Below the pieces are notes generated by a model. The model did not search any database. It saw only the letters and a list, made by a program, of their open reading frames with translations, and was not told the origin of the DNA. A stretch of DNA of 61,528 nucleotides, filler included, from Nemertoderma westbladi (Eukaryota; Animalia; Xenacoelomorpha): the NCBI GenBank assembly GCA_032718475.1. It is 3 parts of 3 records of this genome, joined end to end, with 100 filler letters (N's around TTAATTAATTAA, not from the genome) between each part and the next. Parts side by side here need not be neighbours in the genome. Positions count along the whole stretch, not along the records: positions 31,361 to 54,309 come from JAUCBJ010003951.1; positions 54,410 to 61,528 come from JAUCBJ010007637.1; 1 more part is not named here. One strand, 5' to 3'. Below are positions 46,315 through 57,751 of this stretch, in pieces. Every line of letters starts with the position of its first letter. The stretch's first letter is position 1. The position numbers and the translations under genes are program-made.

Positions 46315-48594
46315 ATGGCTAAACCATACAGGGTCAGGGATCCACGAGGAATATGGCTTATAGGTGATACCAGATCACACTTTAATGCATCTAAACTTCC
46401 TTCTCGAGGTGAATTGCTTGCTGTTCTTTTTCACTTCCGCAATAACGAAAAAAGAAGTCTTAAAGAAAGTATAGAAGAAACAGCGACACTTTTAATACCA
46501 ATCTGGGAAAGAGCAAGAATTCCGACTATAGCTAATAACCATGTTATAGAACACATTCGTAAGTTCCACGGAGAATGGCAAGGACTAAAGAAGAATATCA
46601 ACCGCCAATCAGCTTCTAATATAGCTAAACAGGAAGATTTCAAACTCAGTTTATCTGATCTATTTGATATCGCCCACCGGGATGCAATGCAATTAATCAA
46701 GATTGAAGAGGATCGTTTGTTTTTATTATCACAACGAAAAAAGGGACGGAGTGGTGCAATGATTGGCGTCGATAAAACTCTCTCCAACCAAGAGGATCGT
46801 GCTACACGACGTAGTATTGCTGAATCTCGAAGATGTGATAAAAGTGAAGCTTCTACTTCAGCTATGCAGGAAGTAGTAATACTTGACTCTTCAACTGATA
46901 CATCAGGCAGTGATTTAGATGAGCTCTATTCGAAAAGACCAAAAAAGACTACGCCTTCAAGGTCAAGGGGGGTAGTACCTGTGATAACTAAGGATATATC
47001 TGCTGCTTTGGACCGAACAAAGACAACCGATCGACAAGCAGCACATATTTTGACTTCTGTTGCTTCATCCGGAATTATCCAAGAGCCAACCGTGAAACTT
47101 ATAATTAGTTACAGTGCTATTCGGCGAGCAAGAATGAAACATCGTGAGAAGTTTGCAAAGGAAATTCGCTGTTCGTTTAAACCAGACGTCCCTTTAATAC
47201 TCCACTGGGATGGTAAGATTCTTCCAGATCATACTGGAACTGCTCGTGGAAACGTAGACCGCCTACCAATCCTAGTTTCAGGCCATGATGTGGTAAAGCT
47301 ACTTGCAGTACCAAAACTACAGTCTGGCACAGGATCTGCAATGGCTGAAGCATGTGTGTCTGAACTAGCTCTGTGGGGACTAACTGATAAAATTGTAGGC
47401 ATGTGTTTTGATACCACAGGATCAAACACTGGTGGCAATAAGGGTGCTTGTCTCTTGATTGAAAATGAACTAGGTAAAGACCTACTCAATCTAGCATGCC
47501 GTCATCACATTTCTGAAGTTGTCCTGGAAAAGGTATTTTCTATTAACGATGTCTCAAAGTCTCCAAATATTGAATTGTTTGAACGTTTTCAGGAATACTG
47601 GCCAAGGATCGATCAAAGTGCTTACTGTACAGTAAAGGACACTCCAAATCTAGGCATCGATGTTGAACCTCTTAAAGATGATATTATAAGTTTCGCTTTA
47701 GATCAGCTATCTCAACACCAGCCACGTGATGAATACAGGGAACTGTTGGAACTGACAATAATATTCTTTGGAAATGTTCCTCCAAATGGAGTGCGATTTA
47801 GGTATCCAGGAGCAGTTGCTAGGTCACGGTGGATGAATAGGGCGATATATGTACTCAAAATGTGGCTCTTTAGGAAGGAGTATCCACTCACAGGACGTTC
47901 AAGTTCAAGAGGTCAATCATATGGAGACAAGATATGGGAGCACATTCAGGATGTATCCTTGTTTGTAGTATTAGTATATGTTCCTTATTGGTACAAAACT
48001 CCATCTGCAATCCAGGCACCAAGAAACGATCTATACTTTCTACAGGCCTTGTTAGTGTATCCAAATAAGACAATATCAGAAGCGGCTGTGACATCCTTTT
48101 CTAGACACTTATGGTATCTTTCTGAAATGCTCGTCGGTATTAGCCTGTTTGATGAGTCGGTTCCTGATAGTGAGAAGCGTGATATGGTAAAAAATATGAA
48201 GGAAATAGATGGGTCAGAACATGCCATTAAGAGGATTGCTCCTATTGTCGATCCGAACTCAAAAACTCTCTCAAGTTTTTTCACTAAGTCAACTCTAAAA
48301 CTCTTTAAGATTTTAAACCTTAATGTCAACTTCCTGTCAGATAAAGACCCTAGCCTTTGGAGATCAGATGACGACTACAAACACGCTAAAGTCATTGTTT
48401 CATCCCTAAATGTTATCAACGACATGGCTGAAAGGGCAGTTGCTCTAATCAAAGAGTTCAATGATGCCATTACCCGAAATGAAGAGCAAAAACAATTTTT
48501 GCTTCAAGTTGTTGAGGCTCATCGGCAGTTATTTCCTGTTCCATCGAAAGCCACATCAATAGGATGTAAGACCTCACAGCAGGATGACCTATAA
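46315..48594 (+). CDS. DDE transposase, hAT superfamily (hATm-like), intact 759 aa
   Basis: LHWDGKIL, VDRLPILVS, KLLAVPKL..GTG, GMCFDTT.SNTG...GAC, LACRHHI.E, RDEYRELLEL, RWM.RAIY.LK and VINDMAERAVALI. Probable right terminus ...GCATCACCCTT at about 49276; subterminal direct repeat at about 48807/49006; left terminus unresolved. Confidence 0.85.
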   Translation: MAKPYRVRDPRGIWLIGDTRSHFNASKLPSRGELLAVLFHFRNNEKRSLKESIEETATLLIPIWERARIPTIANNHVIEHIRKFHGEWQGLKKNINRQSASNIAKQEDFKLSLSDLFDIAHRDAMQLIKIEEDRLFLLSQRKKGRSGAMIGVDKTLSNQEDRATRRSIAESRRCDKSEASTSAMQEVVILDSSTDTSGSDLDELYSKRPKKTTPSRSRGVVPVITKDISAALDRTKTTDRQAAHILTSVASSGIIQEPTVKLIISYSAIRRARMKHREKFAKEIRCSFKPDVPLILHWDGKILPDHTGTARGNVDRLPILVSGHDVVKLLAVPKLQSGTGSAMAEACVSELALWGLTDKIVGMCFDTTGSNTGGNKGACLLIENELGKDLLNLACRHHISEVVLEKVFSINDVSKSPNIELFERFQEYWPRIDQSAYCTVKDTPNLGIDVEPLKDDIISFALDQLSQHQPRDEYRELLELTIIFFGNVPPNGVRFRYPGAVARSRWMNRAIYVLKMWLFRKEYPLTGRSSSRGQSYGDKIWEHIQDVSLFVVLVYVPYWYKTPSAIQAPRNDLYFLQALLVYPNKTISEAAVTSFSRHLWYLSEMLVGISLFDESVPDSEKRDMVKNMKEIDGSEHAIKRIAPIVDPNSKTLSSFFTKSTLKLFKILNLNVNFLSDKDPSLWRSDDDYKHAKVIVSSLNVINDMAERAVALIKEFNDAITRNEEQKQFLLQVVEAHRQLFPVPSKATSIGCKTSQQDDL

Positions 48595-50521
48595 GAGCCG
48601 TCACCAATTTATTTAATTAAACTCAAACTTTATGGTTTGATCTCCTGTTTTACTCCTCTAATAATTTGAACTCTACCTGTCACTAATAATACCGAATATT
48701 TTGGTAATTGGTTTTGCTACATATTAATATATATACTGTACAATTTATATTAATGGAAATTCGAATTGTACAAATAATTGATTTTCATGTAACATTGCAA
48801 ACAATTCGATTCGTGAGATGATTTTTCAGTCTAACTGTTGAGAGATTATCGAATTTCACTCAGCCAAGCCAGTTACTAGATAAAGCCATTTGAAGCCAAA
48901 AATGACTTCCGCTCCAGTGAAAACATGCCGCTTCGAGTATTAACTAGCGAGTTATTGACTAAATGCTATTGGTTTACATTGAACATGGCAGCATGGCATG
49001 CCAATCGATTTGTGAGATGATTCTGTGTCTAACTGTAAATAAATTATCGAATTTCATTAAAATATGACCCATTGAAGCCAAAAAACTACTATCGCAATGG
49101 TTGCGATTGCTAAAAATCGTCGGCGTATAGGGGTAAAATTTACTTAGTGCTTGAGCAAGTCCTAAAACTCAATATTTTTTGATGAAATTTTTCCTGTGAG
49201 ATTTTTTTGTCCATTGGAACACATTGGTAGGTTGGTCATCAACTGATTCCAAAACTTCAATTTTAGCATCACCCTTTGGTTGGTGGAATGTGACTGCCTG
49301 AAAAATTAAAACAAACAAAACTTCCAGACTTCTATATTTTTACTTTCAAAACAAAACGTCCAAAACATTTCAATGCTGAAGTACTGTTCAAGTCCCATGG
49401 ATGTATGGTTGATAAACAGATAAAGAGGGGCAGAGGGGGGTCAGGGTTTCTGGTAGACTATAGTCCCCGCGATGATGGCTGTTCTTCTTTAGGTTACTCT
49501 TACTCAATAAACATATAAATCAGAACGAGTTAATCTAATGGAACGATGCCTTTCGTGGCGTTAGCATACTCAAATTTATTAGGGCATAATATTTATGACG
49601 ATGAGTAAGGGACTTTAGTATAATCAGAACGCGATGTTTGATATTTATACAGTACTGCAGTACGGTATGCAGTAAAACCTGTTGTCTGACAGCAGACAGG
49701 TCTGCAGGTTGATGTACCGTATTGTACCGTGGAGATCAGAGATTATTGCCATACATCCTGATTGACGACCGTGTATCACGTTACTGCAAGTTGACACATA
49801 AATTACATTAATATCTATGGGACTACTACACCTACCTACATTCACCCTACACGTGCATCTACATGTAGGCTACACATACCTACATGAAGCCTCTATGTAG
49901 GCTATACCTCTACGCAAAAGATATACCCGGGTAAATACTGAAATATAACACATCCCCCTCTCTGAAACTAACGCTACTAACTAAAAGAGCTAACTTACTT
50001 AACTACTGTAATAACTAACTTAGCAGTGGGTGCCAAATTTTGGTGCCAGCCCCAAATTTTGAAATATTTCAATCTTGTAAATTTAATATTTGAAGCTGTT
50101 TTTTCCGCAATAGGGCAGTCTGGCAGTAGGGGTTTTAGGAGTTCTAGTCTTGTTGGAATATATGAATTGCACAAGGCATGTTGGCACGTTGTATTTTTCG
50201 GTGCTTTGGTCTTTGGTTAGAAATTTCCGCCGCTGTAATAACCTGCTATTTTCCTTCAATTGGAAGGTTACAACATCGTTTATTGATTCCCACCTTCCTT
50301 AATCGTCTGGGTATAAACTCCGCCGTATCAGCTGGCAAACAGGGCAATGAATTATTTAATTATCATCCAAACATTCGGATAAATAAGATGAAATATGCAT
50401 GTTGAATATACTGTTGGTAGCGCACAAACTAGGTAGGTTGTTAAGAGGTGGTTTACTAAATTATTAAAATAAATAAAGTTATTAAAATTATTATTATTAT
50501 TGCATATTATTATTAAAAGAA

Positions 50522-53410
50522 TTAGAGTTCCAGGGTCATTAAAAATATTGCTTTCCGTAACGATGTGGTGTTTGGTGGGATCCCCTCGCAGATTGTATAA
50601 TGTAAGTTTGTATCCGCAGCGCGGTGACACAGTTTGCATATGCAGGTATCAGTCGGTCGCCAGCATTTTGGCGTGTCGCAGCATCGTTGGTGGCAGCCGT
50701 TAACAATCAGCTGAGCGGCCGCGCGACGCCTGAACCCGTATAGGGGCTCGATGTCTAGGCCAGTGCTGCCCATACCGTTATTATCGATAACTTCGAGTAA
50801 GTCCGTTGAAGAGGAGTACTTTGAGATACCCGCCCACATCTTCCAGTAAAACGCGCGGGTCCGTCTCACATGATCCAAGCCGTCAAGATCACCTGTCGTA
50901 AATATCTCACACCCATAAGTCACTGTAGGTTGGACAATGCCAAGCCACAACCTTTTTGCTGAACGCATCGAGATCGAGGTCAACTTAACTTTACAAGCCA
51001 AGCGAGCACAACATGCTATTCCTTTATTGTATAGGTGTTGGTAATGAGCCGATGGACCATTTTGGGTTGACAAAACTACTCCGAGGTATTCGAAACTTCT
51101 TACGAATTGTATTTGTTTTCCATTAAATAGTAAAATATCATCGTTTGAAAAACGTCCTCCGTTTCTACATTTCACAGCTTTAGTCTTTGTGAGATTAACT
51201 GATAATTTATTTAACAAGCAGAACTCAGCAAGTTTGTTAAGAGAGGCCTGCACGTCGTTGATTGATTCTCCATATATTACTAAATCATCTGCGTACATAA
51301 GTACATAACATGACGCTAATGCGATTGCTGCTGGTAGATCATATACAAATATGCTAAACAGTAATGGTGACAGCTTATCCCCTTGGAGAACTCCAATGGT
51401 CTGTGCTATGGGATTTATTACATATCTTCCGACACATATGCATACATAGTTTACCGCTAGTATAGACCACAGAATGGTAATGAACTTTCTGCTTACCCCG
51501 CATATTGATAGCTTCTTCATTAAAAGCTGACGATCAACCGAATCGAAGGCTTTTGTGAAATCTACGAACACACAGTATACATGCCCACCCGAGTTGCTGA
51601 GGACGGAGTTAATGTATTCGTATAGCCGCCGTACCGCCATAATGGTTGATCTGGATTTGCGAAAACCAAATTGCTCATCCGGCAGGATTCCTGTAGATTC
51701 GGCCCAGCAGTATAATCGTCCACAGAGAATCGACGTATACACTTTCAACATACAGCATAGGAGGGCAATCCCACGGTAATTTCCAGGCTCAGACTTAGCC
51801 CCCTTTCCTTTGAATAATGGTATAAGGTAGGCATATAGCCATGCTGCAGGACAAGTTGCTGTAGTAAAACACAGTTGGATTAGCATTAATAAATATGGGA
51901 GCGCACCCACCGATATCTGCTTGATCACATCATTTGTTATACCGTCTGGCCCCGGCGCTTTCCCTGACTTTTGTTTCCTGATTGTGTCCGCAACTTCTTC
52001 ACTTTCTATTGGCTGATCTAAATAGTTATTGGGTTGTTCTGGAACTGTTGGTTGAGACAAGGATTCATTCGCTGCTAGTAATGTGGCGAAATGATCATTC
52101 CAGGATTCTGCTGATACATGTTGAGCAGTGGGTTTTTGTTGCTGCTGATGTTTAATAATATTCCAGAAATTTGATCTGTCATTTTCGCATTCCAGAATTA
52201 TTTTGGTCTCCTGGTTATGTAGAAATAGTTTTTTCTTACGTTTAAGCAGTATCTTATAGCGTGATTGTAATTCCCGATATAGTAAGCGAGTTTCTTCGTT
52301 TGGATTTTCTTTCATAGACCTGAGACTGCTACATACATCATTCTTAGTGTTTCGGCATTCAACGTCAAACCACCGGTTTAATTTTCTAGGTCTCGCTGGG
52401 GTTGCAGATATCCTAATAGCGTTCGTTATGTACTCATTGAGATCGGTTACACCCTTGTTAGCTGCGTCCATACATTTATTCAGGTTAAGCTCATATGAGA
52501 GTTTGTCTACGTCGACCTTCTTTATCGCTGTAGTGCGCGGTATCTTTGTTTTCAATCCATTACATTGAAGGTTCACTCGAACACGCTGATGCTTTGTGTT
52601 AACTGTTGGTTGCACGTTTATATCAACCATGTCTATCAGTGACGCATCAACAAAGAATAAATCAATTGCACTGCTTCCATTCCAACAATAGTAGGTCGGT
52701 ATTACAGGATCATTAATGCACTGAAGGTTTGCTCCCATAAGCCCACTACACAATACATTGCCCCTTTCACCTGAAGCGTCTATTCTACAGTTAAAATCAC
52801 CATATACAATTATTGGTTTTCCTGTCTTCTTTCGAACATCTGAGATCATAGGTATGAGTTCTAGTAAAATATCTGATACATATGTCTGTGGAGTGTAATA
52901 ACACGCCATAAAGACATAGTCACCGCAGGCTATAGCAATGGTAGAACTGCTGGAGGTAATTTCTTTACAGTTAACATTGTATTTCGAATTCACTGAGATT
53001 GCGATTCCACCAGACGGACGGCCTGTCTCGTTTTTATCACAGGGAACATTGAATGTTACATACCCAGGAAGGTTAATCTCACTCGCAAGAGTCTCAGTCA
53101 TCAAAATAACATCGGATGTCACGAAAGTTTCATCTAAAGTTGTATCAATTGTTGAATTAATTCCTTCTACATTCCATGCAACAATAAGTAGTTGACCATC
53201 TGCGTCACTTTCTGTTGTTTCATAAGGGAAAGGTAAGTGACTGAGATTTTCTAAGTTCTCTAGAGTTTGGAAGCGTAGACAGTGAGAGTAATGTTTCCCA
53301 AGGCTTGCTTTATACCGGTATACCTTTTTACATCCAGAGCAACACAATATTGTCCTGTTTTCTGGCAGGTTTATGTCCGAGTCTTTAATCGATATCACAG
53401 AGTTTGTTTG
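50522..53410 (-). CDS. LINE ORF2: N-terminal C2H2-like zinc finger, APE endonuclease, reverse transcriptase, Cys/His-rich C-terminus
   Basis: CSGCKKVYRYKASLGKHYSHC; WNVEG, TET, GGIAI, GDFN, IDLF; KAPGPDGI, NYRGIALL, QFGFR, FVDFTKAFDSV, GVLQGDKLSP, YADD, FEYLG; CKLC...H...C. Confidence 0.93.
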   Translation of the reverse strand, partial: QTNSVISIKDSDINLPENRTILCCSGCKKVYRYKASLGKHYSHCLRFQTLENLENLSHLPFPYETTESDADGQLLIVAWNVEGINSTIDTTLDETFVTSDVILMTETLASEINLPGYVTFNVPCDKNETGRPSGGIAISVNSKYNVNCKEITSSSSTIAIACGDYVFMACYYTPQTYVSDILLELIPMISDVRKKTGKPIIVYGDFNCRIDASGERGNVLCSGLMGANLQCINDPVIPTYYCWNGSSAIDLFFVDASLIDMVDINVQPTVNTKHQRVRVNLQCNGLKTKIPRTTAIKKVDVDKLSYELNLNKCMDAANKGVTDLNEYITNAIRISATPARPRKLNRWFDVECRNTKNDVCSSLRSMKENPNEETRLLYRELQSRYKILLKRKKKLFLHNQETKIILECENDRSNFWNIIKHQQQQKPTAQHVSAESWNDHFATLLAANESLSQPTVPEQPNNYLDQPIESEEVADTIRKQKSGKAPGPDGITNDVIKQISVGALPYLLMLIQLCFTTATCPAAWLYAYLIPLFKGKGAKSEPGNYRGIALLCCMLKVYTSILCGRLYCWAESTGILPDEQFGFRKSRSTIMAVRRLYEYINSVLSNSGGHVYCVFVDFTKAFDSVDRQLLMKKLSICGVSRKFITILWSILAVNYVCICVGRYVINPIAQTIGVLQGDKLSPLLFSIFVYDLPAAIALASCYVLMYADDLVIYGESINDVQASLNKLAEFCLLNKLSVNLTKTKAVKCRNGGRFSNDDILLFNGKQIQFVRSFEYLGVVLSTQNGPSAHYQHLYNKGIACCARLACKVKLTSISMRSAKRLWLGIVQPTVTYGCEIFTTGDLDGLDHVRRTRAFYWKMWAGISKYSSSTDLLEVIDNNGMGSTGLDIEPLYGFRRRAAAQLIVNGCHQRCCDTPKCWRPTDTCICKLCHRAADTNLHYTICEGIPPNTTSLRKAIFLMTLEL

Positions 53411-54160
53411 TCAATCCATTGTGGGGTCGTTAGCGCCAGGACCAGCTCGAATTTCCGGGTCGATATTAACCTCGACTCCGCTAGCTCGATCATTATCCCT
53501 GACCCGTGGTTTCAATCCAAGAGAGGTTCGTTCCGCGTTTGTGAGCGCGTAGTTCCGGATGAGAACCCCGTTCTGCCAGTTCTCGGGGTTCATAAGACGA
53601 TCCCTGTCGTCCTGTTTGCATGTCAGATGGAACGCGATTGTACCCGACGCCGGCGTATCGTTCCCGGACTCACCCAGCGGGATCAGCCGCGGGACCGGTA
53701 CGACATCCTGGAATGGTAGGCCTTCTCTCTCCAAGTATTGTTTAATGTGGTTTTCGTTGACGGAACGTTTGAATCTGCCGATATAGATGTGGGCTAGTTG
53801 GGGACTAGTTGGTGCGTTTACCGTTGGAGGACTTACATCGAGACCAGTTCCCGACTTCGTCCCGATCCGCTGGGGTTCGCGATGTTTAGGTCCGCCCATC
53901 GTCCAACCGTCGTTGCCTGGACGGAGCAGGCGAGTGCGAACAACCATCGACGCATATGAAGTACCGGTAGTCGGCGCGCCGGGCACGCGGGCAGTAGGCT
54001 CCTGGGCCTGGCCCCGGGTGTTTGAATGACTGCTAGGTTGGTGCGTATTATCAGCCATTGGCGTATTTGCTGTCATGGTAACAAGTTTGTCCTTCGAGTC
54101 TATTAATTCTCGTTGCACATCGGTCAGTTTACCCAACGCAATGGTGTAGAGAGCATTCAT
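53411..54160 (-). CDS. LINE ORF1 (coiled-coil start, RRM-like C-terminal region)
   Basis: SYASMV, HIYIGRF....E..IKQYL...AFHL.......LMNPENWQNGVLIRNY resembles the CR1/L2-group ORF1 C-terminal motif. Confidence 0.8.
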   Translation of the reverse strand: MNALYTIALGKLTDVQRELIDSKDKLVTMTANTPMADNTHQPSSHSNTRGQAQEPTARVPGAPTTGTSYASMVVRTRLLRPGNDGWTMGGPKHREPQRIGTKSGTGLDVSPPTVNAPTSPQLAHIYIGRFKRSVNENHIKQYLEREGLPFQDVVPVPRLIPLGESGNDTPASGTIAFHLTCKQDDRDRLMNPENWQNGVLIRNYALTNAERTSLGLKPRVRDNDRASGVEVNIDPEIRAGPGANDPTMD

Positions 54161-54309
54161 CGCAAGTAGGTTGTCTGTTAGTGTTTGTTCATCATTGGCG
54201 TTTACACCTCTTTTTGATTTAATGTTCCTTATCAGACAGTCAGAGATAAGACCTCGCTTTGTAAGCGGAGAAACTCATCCGCCATTGTACAGTTATATAA
54301 TATATATAA

Positions 54310-54409
54310 NNNNNNNNNNNNNNNNNNNNNNNNNNNNNNNNNNNNNNNNNNNNTTAATTAATTAANNNNNNNNNNNNNNNNNNNNNNNNNNNNNNNNNNN
54401 NNNNNNNNN
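54310..54409. other. Assembly gap with artificial linker
   Basis: N-run / TTAATTAATTAA / N-run. Confidence 0.97.
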
Positions 54410-56369
54410 GGTCTATAAAAGCGCGTACAACATGTCTTTTGGAAATGTGAGGGTTCATGGCATATTTGTACTCCTAGGTCAAGGGTACACATAGCTGTAA
54501 GTCAAATTTATTTATGTTTACTTGAGACCAAAATCAAAATGTTTATATTTGCATTGCAACTCTAAAAACTCTCTAAAATACTCATTCTGCAATTTGTCAA
54601 ATCGTTTTTCTGCAGTGACATTATATATAATAAATTAGAGCTGTGTATTTTTCGTGAATTCATTTGTTTCCGTATAGGTTACGCAATACAAAAAAGTTAC
54701 TTTAATAAATTTTAGCAAATAATATACAGTACATTTAGGAACAATGGTCGTAAACTACTGAACTGGGAGTATCTGGTTGTAAAATAATAATAATAATAAT
54801 TTAATGTACTGAGTTTCCAATTAAGAAATCGCCACTTTTACAATCATATAATACGTGAGGATAGTGGCTTCCAGAAGACAATAAATATGTAGTATTTTTT
54901 CATTTTTCACAGAGTTGGTTGCATCTGAAATCGTATCAAGTTTGGTGGGATATCCTACATAAAAATTATAATTATAAAGCAATTCAATACAAATATCAAT
55001 GAATATTAACTACATAATAGAAAGACGCAAATATAACAAACATAATTTATAGATTCATGCAATGAATGATTGTAGCACCCGTATGCCTACTATTATTAAA
55101 GGAATACTGATGGACAGACACTAGGTAGGCCTATGCAAGCAATGCACGTAGCACACTGACACACAAAGGCTGAAATTGGCCTGTCAAATATATTGCCTTC
55201 AATTCAAGTATTCTTTCTAAATAGCTAAATACAAGCTGCAGGTGCAGAGTGCTTCACAAATTCCCTAACAAGCAAGCGACCTCTTATTCTTGACAAAGGG
55301 CGAATACAATGACTGGTGAATGCAGATGTAGATGCCAGGGGCTCTATTTTATTCCCTGTGCTCCTGAATTTCATTGGTAGTTTACTTTCTGAGGCTCTAG
55401 AAAGGACATGAAAGGGTTCTGGTTGGAAGTTCAGGTTTGATGCAGCAATAGTAGTGAATAAATGAATCAAATAGTTGCACAGTTTTAAAATAATTTAATC
55501 ACATTTATGAACTGTATTACTGAGCCTCTTCTACCACTGTTGCGTGTATCGATGCACACCCCACTTTAATTTATTTTCCAGTATGATAAGTACTACAAGA
55601 GCTATAGAGTATTTCCAGAAACAAAGAAATAGTCTTTGCTACCAAAAGTATAGGGAATCAATTGAGCAAATTGTATTTTCAAGTCGGGTTAAATGAGCCA
55701 TGAAATAAATTAAATTCAGTACTGGGTTACAGCAAGGGTGGGTAGGCGTACGGGATGAGGGAGCAGGGGGGCAATTCCCCCCCCCCCCCCCCCCCCCCAG
55801 CAAATTTCAAGGGGGCGAAATTTTTTTAGTATTAAACCAGTAAAGCGTTTTCCTACAGTATAATATTACTGAACATGTGCGTGCAGCCACTGTTTTACCG
55901 GTAATGTAAAGTCATTAGTTTTATCAAGTATTATTGGTTAGAAAAGACGATTTAAATGTGCAAAATCTCAACATTGTGCCTTCAGCATGATAAGCTCCTA
56001 AGCGGCTTTTATAAAGTTTCTCAAAAATATTTCCAAGTTCCAACTCACTTCGTCTATTGTTTCGGTTTCTCGGTAGAGACGATGGACTCGAATTAGCTCG
56101 CATAAAACACGGTCTTACAACGAATTGTACTTTACGGACTACAACAACCTTTCTACGATAATTAAAAAAACACAGTGATTTTCATTTTCCGATGTTTTAT
56201 GTCTTCCTTCAGATAAAAATAATGTACTGTACGTAAAACCATTGAAAAAAAACTCTGGGAAGATGGAAAAAGAGGAAACGGGGTGAGGGGTGCTTTGGGT
56301 CTGCGAGGAACCAAAGTATCCTCGAAAAATAATCCAATAAAACCATAAAGCACCATAGAATCACATAAG

Positions 56370-57751
56370 GCAACACATAATCCTACCAAACAACCAGTGC
56401 AGTGTACCGGTAAACGCTCAACGACACATAATCCTACCAAACATCCAGTGCAGTGTACCGGTAAACGCTCAACAACACATAATCCTACCAAAACAACCAG
56501 TGCAGTGTACCGGTAGACGCTCAGCAACACATAATCCTACCAAACAACCAGTGCAGTGTACCGGTAAACGCTCAACAACACATAATCCTACCAAAACAAC
56601 CAGTGCAGTGTACCGGTAAACGCTCAACAAACACATAATCCTACCAAACAACCAGTGCAGTGTACCGGTAAACGCTCAGCAACACATAATCCTACCAAAC
56701 AACCAGTGCAGTGTACCGGTAAACGCTCAACAACACATAATCCTACCAAACAACCAGTGCAGTGTACCGGTAAACGCTCAACAACACATAATCCTACCAA
56801 ACAACCAGTGCAGTGTACCGGTAAACGCTCAACAACACATAATCCTACCAAACAACCAGTGCAGTGTACCGGTAAACGCTCAACAACACATAATCCTACC
56901 AAACAACCAGTGCAGTGTACCGGTAAACGCTCAACAACACATAATCCTACCAAACAACCAGTGCAGTGTACCGGTAAACGCTCAACAACACATAATCCTA
57001 CCAAACAACCAGTGCAGTGTACCGGTAAACGCTCAACAACACATAATCCTACCAAACAACCAGTGCAGTGTACCGGTAAACGCTCAACAACACATAATCC
57101 TACCAAACAACCAGTGCAGTGTACCGGTAAACGCTCAACAACACATAATCCTACCAAACAACCAGTGCAGTGTACCGGTAAACGCTCAACAACACATAAT
57201 CCTACCAAACAACCAGTGCAGTGTACCGGTAAACGCTCAACAACACATAATCCTACCAAACAACCAGTGCAGTGTACCGGTAAACGCTCAACAACACATA
57301 ATCCTACCAAACAACCAGTGCAGTGTACCGGTAAACGCTCAGCAACACATAATCCTACCAAACAACCAGTGCAGTGTACCGGTAAACGCTCAGCAACACA
57401 TAATCCTACCAAACAACCAGTGCAGTGTACCGGTAAACGCTCAACAACGCATCATCCTACCAAACAACCAGTGCAGTGTACCGGTAAACGCTCAACAACA
57501 CATAATCCTACCAAACAACCAGTGCAGTGTACCGGTAAACGCTCAGCAACACATAATCCTACCAAACAACCAGTGCAGTGTACCGGTAAACGCTCAGCAA
57601 CACATAATCCTACCAAACAACCAGTGCAGTGTACCGGTAAACGCTCAGCAACACATAATCCTACCAAACAACCAGTGCAGTGTACCGGTAAACGCTCAAC
57701 AACACATAATCCTACCAAACAACCAGTGCAGTGTACCGGTAAACGCTCAAC
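56370..57751. repeat. 51-bp minisatellite, about 27 nearly identical copies
   Basis: Unit AACACATAATCCTACCAAACAACCAGTGCAGTGTACCGGTAAACGCTCAAC; indel variants only at the left edge. Confidence 0.98.

Larger units (their letters stand above)
43682..49928. mobile_element. Mutator-like (MULE) non-autonomous element with nested insertions
   Basis: 103-bp TIRs (43682-43784 / 49826-49928, two mismatches seen) starting GGGTATA; perfect 9-bp TSD GGGTAAATA (43673-43681 / 49929-49937). Confidence 0.92.
50480..54300 (-). mobile_element. Near full-length two-ORF LINE (APE-RT type) with (TAA)n tail
   Basis: ORF1 53411-54160, ORF2 50522-53410; very short 3' UTR followed by (AAT)n at about 50487-50501. Confidence 0.92.

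Noticed and set aside
55740-55830. G/C-rich stretch with poly-C resembling a hAT MITE end
   Set aside because: No partner TIR or TSD could be identified.
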